Below are positions 61,966 through 64,000 of a DNA stretch of 64,000 nucleotides, piece by piece. Location: contig NW_019028982.1 in NCBI RefSeq assembly GCF_002105155.1, positions 868,001 to 932,000 on the forward strand. The letters run 5' to 3'. The notes beneath the pieces were generated by a model that was not told the origin of the DNA, made no database searches, and saw nothing but the letters and a program-made list of their open reading frames with translations. The position numbers were made by a program, and so were the translations under genes. This DNA comes from Lobosporangium transversale. Lineage: Eukaryota. How positions within the stretch are numbered: position 1 is the first letter of the stretch; the number at the start of each line of letters is the position of its first letter.

Positions 61966-62734
61966 GGTGAATTCAACTAATTCACTTTATTTCGACTCGT
62001 TGAGAGGACTGAACACAGGCAAATCTGCGCACGGCGCACATTCTATCTATTAAATCGAGTGGCTTATGTGCAATGCGAGGGAAACAGTAGAATCTCAATA
62101 CCCTTCCTTTACAAGCAACCCTCTCCTGTGTAATTTATCTTTTATTAAAGCTCGAGATTCCTAAACTGAATAAATAATGAAAGTGGCATAGGATAGCCAT
62201 CATCTTTCTTTTTCGATATGATAGAGATGTCTGTCTGACAGGTTCTTACTCATTAGAGAATGCACTTGTAGAGGAACCACTTCACTGCAGTTGTTTTGTT
62301 TTTTATTTTTTTAATCCTTTTTTATTAAGAGATTGCTTGCTATCTAGCTATCTAGCTTACCTGGTTACTATCCTAAGCTACAAGAAGCCAGACTCTTAGC
62401 CACCTTGGAAAGCGCTTTTCTTTGTCACCATCGAAAAGACTCTCCAAGATGTTGTCCGGAGCACACCACGTGGAGGTGGTCTGGCATATCGTGCTCCGTT
62501 GGTCAGGCCCCATGGCCTTGCAAACGCCCGCACACACACACATTTATTAACCCATTCCCATCCCCATCCCCATTCCCTTTCCCATTCTGGACCGAAGGGC
62601 TCCGCCATCGCAAGGCTCGTTAAAGAACCAGCTCAGGCTCATGCCCGTTCGGACCTACCTTAGATATGCATTGGTTGTTGCACCTTGGATGTGCATTGTT
62701 GCTATGTTAAAGAGTGCTTTGTGTTGTGTTAGTA

Positions 62735-62738
<4 letters not shown>

Positions 62739-62769
<31 letters not shown>

Positions 62770-62791
62770 GCTTTCTTATGTTTTTTATTGG

Positions 62792-62825
<34 letters not shown>

Positions 62826-63133
62826 CTTTTTTCTTCTTTCTGATATGAGATCTTTTTTTTTACTTTTCTTTTTTTGGGCTTTTATTGAGTCTTTTTTTTT
62901 GGTTTTTTTTTCTTTGGTTAATTTTTTTTTAATTGTGTTTTTTCTTTGGGTTATTTTTTTTTTCTTTGGTTTTTTTGGTTTATTTTTTTGGTTTATTTTT
63001 TTGGTTTTTTTCTTTGGTTTTTTTTTTTCTTTTTCTTTTCTTTGGATTTTTTTTTTTTTTTTTTTTTTGGTTTCTTTTTTTTCTTTGGATTTTTCTTTTT
63101 TTTTTTGATTTAGTTTTTTTTTTTTTTTTTTTT
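62739..63133. repeat. ~400-nt T-rich low-complexity tract
   Basis: Successive T runs punctuated by short GG/C/A interruptions. Confidence 0.9.
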
Positions 63134-64000
63134 GAGGCATTTGTTTCTGGAGGCGTTTGTTTTTTGCCTGGATGGACTGTTCGACCTTTCTTTGGTTTAG
63201 TCCTTTTGCTGGTGGCGCCGAGCTTTCGTTACCAGTGCCTTCCAGACCACACAATGAGAAGTGGCCTGGTCGCTATGATTTGGTGTTGTTCGTGAAGCCT
63301 TGGCCATCATACCCGAGATGGGATGGGCTGGCTATTTGGCCGCGGAGAAGGCCGTCGTTCGACTGCGGTAGACTATGAGGCCGTTTAGAGCGTGGCTATT
63401 TAGAGCGTGGCCATCTGGAGCGTAGCCAGTTGAATACGGCTTTTCGTTGGAGTGCAGCCGTTCGAGTATGGGCGCCTGAGTGTGGCAACCCGGCTGTGCG
63501 TTATGAAGCCCTAGTTGCTTTAGCCAGCTTCATGTCGTTGCAGTCTAATCGTGGAATGAAAAGAGAGACACAAGCAGAAAAAGAATAATCAGAACAAGGA
63601 CAGTGAAGCACAGAGTGACAGTGTTGAGAACTTCAGTAAGAGTGATTGTTTAGGGAGTGTTGCTTACCTTTTTGTCTTGGTTGAGGAGGCCGATGGTCGA
63701 GGAGACCGAGGAGAAAGAGAAGAGAAAAGAAGAAAAAAGAAGAGAGTCAAAATTAGTCCTTTTTATATTGGTTTCTTATTATTATTATTTACGTTCGCGC
63801 AAGAAGAGGAGAAGGGCCGAGGAGTGATTGGTGTTCAAAAGCGCGCTGTACTAAGTACCTTGCTTGCTGTACGCTCAAGAGCGACCAATAAAAGATAAGC
63901 AACAATTTAAAAAGATAAACAACAATATAAAAAGATAAAAAATAAATAAATATACGTGTCTTTGATGTCATCTGTCATATTTCATATGATAAAGAAGAGA

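Noticed and set aside
62641..63295. Poly-Phe and poly-Lys ORFs
   Set aside because: By-products of the T-rich tract.

Overview
Eukaryotic, intron-rich fungal DNA with long poly(A)/poly(T) tracts; gene content and style suggest an early-diverging fungus such as Mortierellaceae (inference). No tRNA, rRNA or CRISPR is supportable. There are two blocks of conserved genes. Left block: dynein light chain LC8, mitochondrial uL23, UTP15 and three tandem epoxide-hydrolase-like genes. Right block: WASP, Osh4/Kes1-like, an arabinokinase-N-like glycosyltransferase, a Stealth phosphotransferase, a DHHC palmitoyltransferase, FMT1, a giant Ste3-like GPCR, SRP19/Sec65 and Ecd. Between them lies an accessory island (~14-33 kb). 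It holds a secreted BBE-like flavo-oxidase, several small secreted proteins with decayed relatives, a fatty acyl-CoA reductase pseudogene, an intronless VIT-vWA gene and a ~1.24-kb near-perfect inverted duplication. The top candidates are the ~1,600-aa Ste3-like receptor (split into two ORFs by the track), the inverted-repeat locus and the secreted-protein birth-and-death island. Family assignments come from motif recognition, not database searches.
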